IMG/VR virus record: IMGVR_UViG_2840904412_000002
Coordinates: 1-64,000 of that record
Reading direction: 5' to 3' (one strand)
DNA length: 64,000 nucleotides
From: a virus
Taxonomy: Duplodnaviria; Caudoviricetes
Shown here: piece after piece, positions 31,633 through 40,567 of the stretch
Layout: each line of letters starts with the position of its first letter
Position numbering within the stretch: position 1 is the first letter of the stretch
Position numbers and translations under genes: made by a program
The notes under the pieces: generated by a model
The model's database searches: none
Told to the model about the DNA's origin: nothing
The model's input: the letters and a program-made list of their open reading frames with translations, nothing else

Positions 31633-31812
31633 ATGAAATTAGTAACTATAGATTATTTAGAATTCAAAAGATTAGTAGGGCAAGAGATTCGTTTGAAAGA
31701 GAGAATTGAAGAATTAGAGGACGAAATTGAAGGCTTAGAATACGAAAACCATCGATTAAAGAAGGTACTATTAGAAGAAAGAAATCAGTGTAACAACCGC
31801 TTCTCACATTAA
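31633..31812 (+). CDS. Small coiled-coil protein (59 aa, not in ORF track)
   Basis: RBS GAGGAGG; MKLVTIDYLEFKRL... Confidence 0.65.
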   Translation: MKLVTIDYLEFKRLVGQEIRLKERIEELEDEIEGLEYENHRLKKVLLEERNQCNNRFSH

Positions 31813-31836
31813 ATAAATTAATTGGAGTTGATTATT

Positions 31837-32190
31837 ATGTTACGTAAGGAACTTTTAGATATGTTAGAAGTCAATTGTGATAGCTATCTATCACAATATA
31901 CAATAAGAAAAGAACTAAATTTAAATGAGGAATTTTATGATTCTACTGATTTAAATAAATTATATATAGAAACTAGAATTAAATCTATCGAGAAATACCT
32001 TAAAATTAAATCAATAGATTATGAAACAGAATTATATTTAAATCGTTATTGTTATGATAGTGATAAAATCTATTTAGTGATTAATCACGAGGGAAGATTG
32101 ATTAACATTACAATAAATAGGGAACAATTCATCAATGATGAGATAGAATTCATTTTTGATTTAGTTGATGAAGAGATTAATTTAGACTAG
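31837..32190 (+). CDS. Early hypothetical protein
   Basis: ORF followed by terminator. Confidence 0.7.
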   Translation: MLRKELLDMLEVNCDSYLSQYTIRKELNLNEEFYDSTDLNKLYIETRIKSIEKYLKIKSIDYETELYLNRYCYDSDKIYLVINHEGRLINITINREQFINDEIEFIFDLVDEEINLD

Positions 32191-32223
32191 AATGTATTTT
32201 CTAGTCTTTTTCTTATTATTTTA

Positions 32224-32238
32224 AATTTTCAGAAAATT
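32224..32238. promoter_or_regulatory. Perfect CodY consensus box
   Basis: AATTTTCAGAAAATT. Confidence 0.6.
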
Positions 32239-32504
32239 CATAATTGTTTCTACAAAACGAGCCTCTCCACTTCCTATTATACGGGAAAGCTCCCCGATTG
32301 TCAATACTTTTCTTCAAAATAATTTATTTAAAAAGTTTCATAAATCTATTGACTTTTATATCACTATACTGTAATATATAAAGTGTAATAAGGAAGCGGA
32401 ACACTTAAAAAAAAGAAATTTAAAAAAGTTAGTTAAAAGGGTTTACAAATAAGAATATACATGTTATTATAACTATAGAAAGTTAATCAAAGGAGGAAAA
32501 CAAT

Positions 32505-32642
32505 ATGAGATACGAGATTGGAGCATTAGTTAATGGAGAATTGTTCATGTTTTCTACATTCAAGAAAGAAGAGGCAGAAAAGCAGTACCAAGAATGGTGC
32601 GAACGCTTTGGAAAAGAAAACGTAACTATGGAGGTGTCTTAA
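32505..32642 (+). CDS. Small early protein (45 aa, not in ORF track)
   Basis: Promoter cassette plus AAGGAGG; MRYEIGALVNGELF... Confidence 0.65.
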   Translation: MRYEIGALVNGELFMFSTFKKEEAEKQYQEWCERFGKENVTMEVS

Positions 32643-32809
32643 ATGTTCAACCTCTTACACAAACAAACTAAAAAAGAAATTAAGCAAATGAAGCGGGCTC
32701 AAAAAAGAGCCCAAAAAGAATTAAAAAAAATTGTAGAAAAGTGTTGACATTCTACAATATACATGGTATTATTAAGGTAACAAATAAATCAATAAAGGAA
32801 ATGATAAAA

Positions 32810-32941
32810 ATGAAAAAAATCACAACAACCTTAAACTTAATCGGTATGAAAAATAATGAAAGGTTTACAGAAGAGTTAAAAAACTACCGTCAAGATGTTA
32901 CTTTCTTGAAAGCAAATAAAATTGTAAAATATTCAAAATAA
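32810..32941 (+). CDS. Small early protein
   Basis: Own TTGACA promoter and RBS. Confidence 0.6.
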   Translation: MKKITTTLNLIGMKNNERFTEELKNYRQDVTFLKANKIVKYSK

Positions 32942-33012
32942 GGCTTGACAACTTAAACACTACATGATATTATTAAGATAACAAAAAACAAACAGAAAAG
33001 GAATTGATAAAA

Positions 33013-33294
33013 ATGAAAAACACATTAAACAACGTAATTGAAATACTAGAAAGCAAAGGGTACGACTTTGAATATGATGAAACTATAACAGTATTAGAAA
33101 TTACAAGCCCTAGTGGTGCTTATGAGGATATTACACCTAGGTTTATACGTGACGGAAGAGTCGAGAGTACCTTTATTATTCCAGACTTTTTAGATGAGGA
33201 CTTAGGGAACGTATGTGTAGACTTTTACAGCTACACTTTAAACTTCCCTAGTAATAAAGAACTACTGAAAGAAATTGAAAATATTTTTAAATAA
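33013..33294 (+). CDS. Acidic early protein
   Basis: Own promoter and RBS. Confidence 0.7.
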   Translation: MKNTLNNVIEILESKGYDFEYDETITVLEITSPSGAYEDITPRFIRDGRVESTFIIPDFLDEDLGNVCVDFYSYTLNFPSNKELLKEIENIFK

Positions 33295-33456
33295 GTGTTG
33301 ACAATCACTTGAAACCATGATATTATAAAGATACAAGGTAAGGGAAGCGGTCAACCGCTTCCAACCTAGTAAAAAAGTTTTAAAAAGGTATTGACAACCT
33401 ATAATCTATATGGTATTATAATTATAGAAAGAAAAAAAAACAAATAAGAAAAGGAT

Positions 33457-33795
33457 ATGATGAAAATGTTAGAAAATTACACAGTACAAGAGTTAAGAGA
33501 AATCGTAGCAGAGGTTAACGGATATGATGGCAGTTTAGAAGAGCTTGACTATATGGATATTGGAACACTTGATGAAATCCTTAGCGGTGTGGAACCTACA
33601 GAGGTTTTAAGAATGGCACACTTTGGAGAATTTGATTGGTCAGACGATTATGTTAAAATAGACGTATACGGAAATTTAGAAAGCGTTAGTAACTTTGAAT
33701 TTGAAAAACTTGTAAAAGATAGCCATGATGAAATTGTAGAACGCTACAATGAACTTGTGGAAGACGGGGATATTGAACCAATCGAATTTATTTAA
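33457..33795 (+). CDS. Acidic early protein
   Basis: D/E-rich; own promoter. Confidence 0.7.
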   Translation: MMKMLENYTVQELREIVAEVNGYDGSLEELDYMDIGTLDEILSGVEPTEVLRMAHFGEFDWSDDYVKIDVYGNLESVSNFEFEKLVKDSHDEIVERYNELVEDGDIEPIEFI

Positions 33796-33933
33796 TCATT
33801 GTTAAGATATCCACCGCTTAGGTGGTGGGTATCTCATAGAGTGATTAAATTTAAAAAAAGTATTGACACTCTAGAAAATAGATGGTAATATAAGAGTATA
33901 GAAAAAATAAAAAAAGAAAAGGAATTGATTATT

Positions 33934-34284
33934 ATGAACAACACATTAAACACTATCGAAATGAACGTCGAATACTTAGGCACTAAGTGGGTAAATGGTT
34001 GGGAACACAACGCCTATAATGTAGCACTAACACATAATGGTGTTACAGAGGAGTTTATCTGGAAGCAAGGACTAGGGATTCATAAGGAACCCTCTCTTGA
34101 AAGGGTTTTAGAACACCTTATTAAAGAGTCATATTATTATGAAGAGGACATTTACGATATGTATGATGACCCTGAAATAGCAGAAAAAGTTATAGAGCAA
34201 TTAAAAGAAGAAGAGGAAAAGTTAAATAATTTATTTTCTGAATATGAATTAGAAGAGTTCTACTCCTTTTACTTTGAAGATTAG
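33934..34284 (+). CDS. Acidic early protein
   Basis: E-rich C-terminus; own promoter. Confidence 0.7.
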   Translation: MNNTLNTIEMNVEYLGTKWVNGWEHNAYNVALTHNGVTEEFIWKQGLGIHKEPSLERVLEHLIKESYYYEEDIYDMYDDPEIAEKVIEQLKEEEEKLNNLFSEYELEEFYSFYFED

Positions 34285-34364
34285 AATTCATAGAAGCGGT
34301 TGACAAACTAACCGCTTCATGTTATTATAAAGGTAACAAAAAAACAAAATAGGAGTTGTTTATT

Positions 34365-34967
34365 ATGAAAAAAACACTAGAAAAAGCAATCGATGCCTTA
34401 ATAGGCGCATCAGCAGATACAATTGAAAAGGACGTCTTATACTGGTTAACTGGTGAGGACGTTGATACGCTAGATGAGGCTATTAACCTCCTTGAGAATG
34501 TCTCATGTGAAGCGGGAGACGTAAACCACCTTGTATACACATCTGATTGTATTAATTGGGTGTTAGAACACGAGGAGGCTATTATAGACTTTCTCAATGC
34601 TAATATTGATGACGAGGTAGACTCGTTAGACGATATTTCTTGGGAGCAACACAACCAAATAAATTCTATTATTACTGGTTGGGAGTCTGGGGACGATAGA
34701 GTAAGTCGTTTCAATAGTGATAATTGGGACGAGGCAGAAGATTCCGCTATTGAGAGTATCGGTCAGGAGGAATGGAATTCTCTTGACGAAATGGAAAGAG
34801 ACGATGTGATTCAGGGGCAGTTGAACTTCATGCTCTATACGGAAGCACCGCTAGACATAGACAAACACGACTATGTAGAGTTAGCACACAGTACATTCGA
34901 GTATTATGCTCATGTACTGTTAGCCGGTCAGTTAGAGGGCATTAAAGAAGTGATTGAGGAGGAGTGA
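34365..34967 (+). CDS. Highly acidic early protein
   Basis: D/E-rich, GC higher than flanks. Confidence 0.75.
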   Translation: MKKTLEKAIDALIGASADTIEKDVLYWLTGEDVDTLDEAINLLENVSCEAGDVNHLVYTSDCINWVLEHEEAIIDFLNANIDDEVDSLDDISWEQHNQINSIITGWESGDDRVSRFNSDNWDEAEDSAIESIGQEEWNSLDEMERDDVIQGQLNFMLYTEAPLDIDKHDYVELAHSTFEYYAHVLLAGQLEGIKEVIEEE

Positions 34968-34988
34968 ACCTCCTCTTTTTTTACAGGG

Positions 34989-35012
34989 AATTGTCTAAAT
35001 ATTCTGAAAACT
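34989..35012. promoter_or_regulatory. Two CodY-like boxes overlapping by 6 bp
   Basis: AATTGTCTAAATATT + AATATTCTGAAAACT upstream of TTGCAA promoter at 35051. Confidence 0.5.
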
Positions 35013-35131
35013 TAAACTTTTAAAGAATGTGGATTTTTTGTAAAAAACTATTGCAATTCTAAACGTAATATAGTAATATAATAGATGTAGAGGAGATACC
35101 TCACAAAATAAAATTTTAGGAGTTGGTAATT

Positions 35132-35431
35132 ATGAAACAATTTATAATGGCGGTTGAATATGAAGACGGACGTTTAGGTTACGTCCGCATGTACTTCGAG
35201 GGCTACGAGCTCTTAGAGGTGCAGGAGGTTGTTTTAGGTCACGAGGACATGCCTCCACGCTTTGAGGTTGAGGTGGACGAGATAGCGGACTATCTCGGAT
35301 TTGCCTACCTCGAGGAAGAAGACCAATTTGGGCGCTTCTTCGGTGAGTGGTTGGCTCTTGGTGAATCTTGTGACGTGCCTAGTGATTTCCTCGAGGACGA
35401 GGACGGATATTTAGTAGAGGAGGTGGAGTAA
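35132..35431 (+). CDS. Highly acidic early protein
   Basis: E/D-rich, GC-rich codons. Confidence 0.7.
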   Translation: MKQFIMAVEYEDGRLGYVRMYFEGYELLEVQEVVLGHEDMPPRFEVEVDEIADYLGFAYLEEEDQFGRFFGEWLALGESCDVPSDFLEDEDGYLVEEVE

Positions 35432-35635
35432 ATGACAGAGGGCAAAGCAAGAGAATACGCTGAACGTCTTATAAACGCTAGTTATTATCTGTGCCCTCAC
35501 GACCTAGTTGGAATGGCTAGTAAGTGGGACGGCATAGCAGACGACATTAGAATAATCGGCGTTGAGTGTTTCAAAAAAGAGTACTTAAAGGGTCTAGAGG
35601 TTGAAACCTTAGAGGTACTCAACAGATACGAGTAA
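35432..35635 (+). CDS. Early hypothetical protein
   Basis: Coupled ORF then terminator AGGCGGTC-AATA-GACCGTCTTTTTT. Confidence 0.65.
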   Translation: MTEGKAREYAERLINASYYLCPHDLVGMASKWDGIADDIRIIGVECFKKEYLKGLEVETLEVLNRYE

Positions 35636-36176
35636 GGCGGTCAATAGACCGTCTTTTTTATTTGCCTTTATATAGCTTGTATTTAGCCCATATAAGCACG
35701 CTAACCGCTTCTGTATGCTCGGTAATGTTATTGTACCTAGATAGATAAACGTTTGTTAGAGCGTCTATATGAGCTGTATATGACATGTAGAATAGTTTGG
35801 TTCGTTGATTGATACAGTAAAGATTGAATGAATCAATAATATAAATTGAAAGAGGTTAATTAATATATAGTTTTTATTTAGATAAAGGTAGATTATATAA
35901 AAAATATAATTAATAAAATACGGGGGTCGGTAGGAAGCAACATAATCCGTGGCACATTCACCTAGATACACCCCCCACTTAGGGTACTATAGATTTGGCA
36001 TATTTATAACATTTTAATTACAGAAGTCAACATACACTATTTAGGTAGTTACCTCTATAAAGTCAACATTACAAATCTACCCTGTGGGTTAGAAATGTAT
36101 AGTATAAATAGATAGTCCTTAAATATAAAGTCAACATACCTAAAATAAAAAAGAGGTAAATTAAATCCCTCTTCTC

Positions 36177-36410
36177 TTAGGTATTATTAACAACCTCTAA
36201 TTCATGTATAGTAATCATATCCATCCTATAGAAATCTCTTAGGTCTCCTTTAATAAACTTTTGCCCCTTATGGTTTGTTTCCTCTTTATAACCTTCTTCT
36301 TTAATACGTTTAATTAAGTTCTCCTTATCTGTGTATATCTTATCTTCTCTAAAATGAAAGTTATCTTCATAAGGTTCACAATTATCATGTTCTACTTGGT
36401 ATAGTTTCAC
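36177..36410 (-). CDS. Hypothetical protein
   Basis: ORF with RBS GAGGAG. Confidence 0.7.
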   Translation of the reverse strand: MKLYQVEHDNCEPYEDNFHFREDKIYTDKENLIKRIKEEGYKEETNHKGQKFIKGDLRDFYRMDMITIHELEVVNNT

Positions 36411-36489
36411 TAGTCATTTTACTCCTCTTCATAAGACCATTCACCATATTCTACATTATAGTGTGATATATCTACTAATTTTCTATTTA

Positions 36490-37650
36490 TTATTCTATTT
36501 TTGATACATTTAAATAAGTTTCAATTAGAGGTAAGACTTGTGATAGGTATTGCTCTTCAGTTAAATCTAAACTATTTTCAGACCAAATAACAAAAGAAGT
36601 ACCCCTAACTGCTAAAGGACTATCTACATCAACAAATTCACTACCTTCTACATCGTCCTCTAATTCACAGAAAGTATCAGTATTAAACTGACGTTTTATA
36701 TAATCTTGTTGCCATTCTATATCTTCTTGACTAAATTTAGATTCAGGTAAGAAAGTCGTTGAATAGAAATTACAATTTGTTAAGTCTCTATTATCATTAG
36801 CAAAATCTTTAGCTGATAAACCACCTTCAGATTTTTTCCAGTAATAAACTTCAATACCTCTATCTAATCGTTTTAATCCATTAGTATATATACTATCGTT
36901 CCATACAATAGGAGTAACGTTTTTATCAAATAAGTGTTCAGCTATTGTATTAATAAAGTCTATATAAGCAGGTTGATTATTACTTGCACCTGCTGACTCA
37001 TCAGCACCAATATTAAATCTCATTTTATCTTGTTTAAATAGTGAGATAATTTCACTAACTAAGGTCTTAACAGCAGTATAAGTATCATCATTATACCAAT
37101 AATCAGCTAAAGTATCATCAAAGTCTGATTGAATGTTTTTATCAGGATACAGCTCTTTTACAATACTTAACCATTTACCTGAATGACCTGGGACGGAGAA
37201 ACATGGTGTGATTTGTACATCTTTATCTTTTGCATAATTAACAATATCTTCAATTTCATCTTTAGTTAAGTAATCTTTATTCTGAGTGGTTTGGGTTTGA
37301 TTTAGATATTCAGAGTAAATACCATATCTATTGTTATCTGAAATATAGAGTTGTAAGTGTTTTCCATCATTATCATGAATAGTATCAATAACTTTTTTAA
37401 TACTATCTTTAGATAGGTATCTTCTAGCAATATCTAATAGAACCTCACGTCTATGCTTAGTCTTAAAGCTAGGTACAGGCGTTTTACTCGAATCTTTTGT
37501 GTAAGATAGGGTGTAATTATCATACCATACATTAGGTTGTAGGTTTCTAAGTTTGATACTAATATTACTAGTACCTTGTTTAAGCTCGTACTCAGACCCT
37601 TGTACAAGTTTATCATTTAAAAATAAATATAAGGTCTTATTTTGGTTCAT
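36490..37650 (-). CDS. GH20 beta-N-acetylglucosaminidase (dispersin B-like) with N-terminal FN3-like domain
   Basis: LLDIARRY, LQLYISDN, VPGHS, FNIGADE (catalytic DE), IVWND, VYYW, IWSE; N-terminal LRNLQPNVWY..KTPVPSFKT. Confidence 0.85.
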   Translation of the reverse strand: MNQNKTLYLFLNDKLVQGSEYELKQGTSNISIKLRNLQPNVWYDNYTLSYTKDSSKTPVPSFKTKHRREVLLDIARRYLSKDSIKKVIDTIHDNDGKHLQLYISDNNRYGIYSEYLNQTQTTQNKDYLTKDEIEDIVNYAKDKDVQITPCFSVPGHSGKWLSIVKELYPDKNIQSDFDDTLADYWYNDDTYTAVKTLVSEIISLFKQDKMRFNIGADESAGASNNQPAYIDFINTIAEHLFDKNVTPIVWNDSIYTNGLKRLDRGIEVYYWKKSEGGLSAKDFANDNRDLTNCNFYSTTFLPESKFSQEDIEWQQDYIKRQFNTDTFCELEDDVEGSEFVDVDSPLAVRGTSFVIWSENSLDLTEEQYLSQVLPLIETYLNVSKIE

Positions 37651-37684
37651 ATTAACATCTAGCTCCTTTAGTATTTAGTAATTT

Positions 37685-37694
37685 TAATATAACA
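37685..37694 (-). promoter_or_regulatory. Late promoter TGTTATATTA
   Basis: Identical to motif upstream of virion and holin genes. Confidence 0.7.
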
Positions 37695-37987
37695 ACATTA
37701 GTATTACTTAATGTGAAATGTAGATTTTAATAGTATCTAACCTAGTCTAGTTTATCCTCAGATAATAATTTCACCATTTTGGTTATTATGCTTTACAAAA
37801 ATAAGACTCATGGTGTTAAAGTCTTACAAGGGTTCACTTTTACAATGGCTAAATCGGTCAAAGGTTTGTAAATCTTCTGTGTCTACAACAAACTGATTTC
37901 CTTTCTTATAGATGCTAACCTTTTCTCGTATTTGTCCATGAGTACTTGTAATTTGTAACCTTTTTTCAATCACATAGATAGTTTTCA

Positions 37988-38314
37988 TTATTTAAACTCT
38001 GTTCCAGCCTTAGCCCATTGCATAGGCGTAATGATTTCTAGCTTATACCCTTTTAAATCTTGTTCTATAATATTTAGATTTTCCCATACCTCAATCCAAT
38101 GGACTCTAGAATCATCATTATAAATATGGAAGTCTTGAGGGTTTTCTAGGTATTGTTCTAGCTCTTCATAGTATAGAACTTCAAAAGCGGTATCGTCAAT
38201 TCCCATTAATAATCTTAATCTTTCCTTATACCCTATTTTAGCATTATAATAAATATTTTCTAATTGTCTTTCTACCCTATTAAATAGTGTTTGAACACCT
38301 TGTAATTCATGCAT
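37988..38314 (-). CDS. Hypothetical protein
   Basis: Promoter and RBS. Confidence 0.7.
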   Translation of the reverse strand: MHELQGVQTLFNRVERQLENIYYNAKIGYKERLRLLMGIDDTAFEVLYYEELEQYLENPQDFHIYNDDSRVHWIEVWENLNIIEQDLKGYKLEIITPMQWAKAGTEFK

Positions 38315-38377
38315 AACACACTGCCTCCTAATTAATTATATAATTAGTATAAAGGATAATAATTAGAATGTCAATAA

Positions 38378-38980
38378 TTATTCTAAAGTTTCTTCTATGA
38401 TTTGTTTTAATGTATAGCATTCAATTTCATCTAATTCTTCAAGATACTGTAATTGATAGTAGAAGTTATCTACAATTTTATCAAAGGCTTTTGCTTTCTT
38501 TTCTTGTAAAGATAGTTGTTCTTTTGTCGTAATTTCATTATCCGCTTCATTATTAGTTTCTTCTAAGGATTCTTTGGCGTTATCTTTATTTACTGTTACT
38601 TTTAGCTTGTTATCATAGTAACTGTTCTTTTGGTTTAAGTTGTAGTTATCGTTGTAATCATTCCAATCTACATAGATACATTCATGTGTTTCATCCTCAT
38701 AGATAATATCTATAGCTGCGATGTCATGGCAACTTTCTAACCTTTCATATGCCGTAGTTTCTCCGTCTAAGCTGTCGAAAATTAAGTCTTTCGGGTTATT
38801 AATAAGAAGTGCTAAGTGGCTACAATGTTTTGTTTTATTTATGTGAAAATCTTCTTTTAAAGTGCGCTGAGAGACATAGGCTTCCGTAATTCCTCCGATA
38901 TAGAATAAGCCAATATCCTTAGGTTCTAAACGAATAACATCACAATTCTCTAATACTAAATCTACATATTTTGTATTCAT
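38378..38980 (-). CDS. Hypothetical protein
   Basis: 200-aa ORF; KAKAFD motif seen in staphylococcal siphovirus proteins. Confidence 0.7.
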   Translation of the reverse strand: MNTKYVDLVLENCDVIRLEPKDIGLFYIGGITEAYVSQRTLKEDFHINKTKHCSHLALLINNPKDLIFDSLDGETTAYERLESCHDIAAIDIIYEDETHECIYVDWNDYNDNYNLNQKNSYYDNKLKVTVNKDNAKESLEETNNEADNEITTKEQLSLQEKKAKAFDKIVDNFYYQLQYLEELDEIECYTLKQIIEETLE

Positions 38981-39037
38981 AGTTATTACTTCTCCTTTAT
39001 ATTAATTATTATATATTCAATGAAATAAAAAAGTACC

Positions 39038-39409
39038 TTACTTAATATCTTTAATTAACTCTTTAATGAGTTGTAATGTAGGTTCTTGGTCTACATCTAC
39101 AACTAATGTATCTAACTTTTCTAGTGCTTTTTCTTTTATATATTTATTTTCTTTTGAGGGCTCTACAAGCTCTATAATCTTATCTAACTTATCTGATAAA
39201 ATATGGTTATTTTGATTTGTTATTTCACAAAAATCACCTAAGATAAATCTATTTACATAATCAGTCTCTTTACTAACACCATAGATATAGCCTAACATTC
39301 TACTATTATCATTAGTTGTTCTTCTAGTAGATTCTAAAGATGTGTATAATTCTTTAACTTTGTAAAATGTGTCGAATATATATTTAGCATATGTTTCGTT
39401 AAACTTCAT
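39038..39409 (-). CDS. Hypothetical protein
   Basis: ORF with RBS. Confidence 0.7.
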   Translation of the reverse strand: MKFNETYAKYIFDTFYKVKELYTSLESTRRTTNDNSRMLGYIYGVSKETDYVNRFILGDFCEITNQNNHILSDKLDKIIELVEPSKENKYIKEKALEKLDTLVVDVDQEPTLQLIKELIKDIK

Positions 39410-39481
39410 ATAAAAATTCCTTTCTTGGTACTATAATATTAACTCTATCCCCTGATACTGAATCAATATACTTAATATTTT

Positions 39482-39664
39482 TCACTCTAGCTCCTCCAGT
39501 TTTTCCATCAATGTCCTATTCCAACCTATCAATCTTTTATTTTGTTCTTCTAATAACTTCATTTTTTTAATGTTACTATTTAATAAAAATTGTTTATTTT
39601 TATAAAGTAACTCGATTAACTTTAATTCTTTGAGTCTTTCTTCCTCTATATACACTTTTCCCAT
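39482..39664 (-). CDS. Small coiled-coil protein
   Basis: ORF. Confidence 0.55.
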   Translation of the reverse strand: MGKVYIEEERLKELKLIELLYKNKQFLLNSNIKKMKLLEEQNKRLIGWNRTLMEKLEELE

Positions 39665-39671
39665 ATTATCC

Positions 39672-40229
39672 CTACTTTAGTTTCTTTATAGTATCTATTA
39701 CTTTCCTTGTACTTCTAACATCAGCATTCTTTAAATTATTTAATAGAAAATTTAATTTATTTACATAGCTGTCTACTGTAGAAATAAAAACATCTTCCGT
39801 ATCATTATACTCTGAACGCATTTCTAAGAATATAGTTATAGTGTTTTTATCTGAGCTGTGAACGTCAGTTATAATAGTATCTAAAGGGTAAGAATTTTTG
39901 TCTACACTGAATACTTCGTATGGCTCATTGTTTATTAGATTATTATAGACAAAATGTCCGTTATTCCTTTTAATTTCTATCCAAGAACTGTATTTGATGT
40001 ATCTTTGCTCTTTAATAAAATCTTCTTTAGTTATTTCATTAATCTCCCAAATGAACAATTCGTCATATACTTCTAAATCATAGTTTGATTGTATATATTC
40101 TAATTCTTCTAGGTTAGTAGAATATCCAAGTATTTCAGTATTACTTGTGGTATAGTCTATATACTCATCCCAACCACAATGTGTAGTTGTACACTCCGTT
40201 TGCTTTATTAGTGCATATAGTTTTGTCAT
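39672..40229 (-). CDS. Hypothetical protein
   Basis: RBS AAGGAGGAGG. Confidence 0.7.
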   Translation of the reverse strand: MTKLYALIKQTECTTTHCGWDEYIDYTTSNTEILGYSTNLEELEYIQSNYDLEVYDELFIWEINEITKEDFIKEQRYIKYSSWIEIKRNNGHFVYNNLINNEPYEVFSVDKNSYPLDTIITDVHSSDKNTITIFLEMRSEYNDTEDVFISTVDSYVNKLNFLLNNLKNADVRSTRKVIDTIKKLK

Positions 40230-40567
40230 AATAACCTCCTCCTTAAACATATTATACAATAAAAAAGAACCTGTGTCAACAAGTTCTTTAAGATTAATCC
40301 TATTAACTTTTTTACTAAATTGATTATATACTCAGTATATCCGATTACTTCTTATTTTCTTTTTCAATCATTTCCATTCTGTCATGCAACATTCTGAAAA
40401 ACTGGTATCTGTATCTGTCCGTTAAAGCATATTTATCCATGCGTTCCAATACCTCACGATACAATTGTTTCCACATATTTTCATATCCCATTATTTTCAC
40501 ATCCTATTATTTGTATTGCCTACATACTTTGGGTACACATCAATAATTATACCCATATATTTACCTA

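Larger units (their letters stand above)
24275..35711. repeat. Cluster of 25 GAAGCGG (staphylococcal Chi) heptamers, 14 on + and 11 on - strand
   Basis: +: 24797,24938,25807,25846,26894,28389,28729,29189,31533,32393,32690,33344,34293,34509; -: 24275,24924,25863,26872,27699,28763,29894,31797,33355,34312,35705 (manual scan). Confidence 0.85.

Noticed and set aside
24275-35711. GAAGCGG repeats as a CRISPR-like array
   Set aside because: Only 7-9 bp, irregular spacing, both orientations, many inside ORFs; no cas genes
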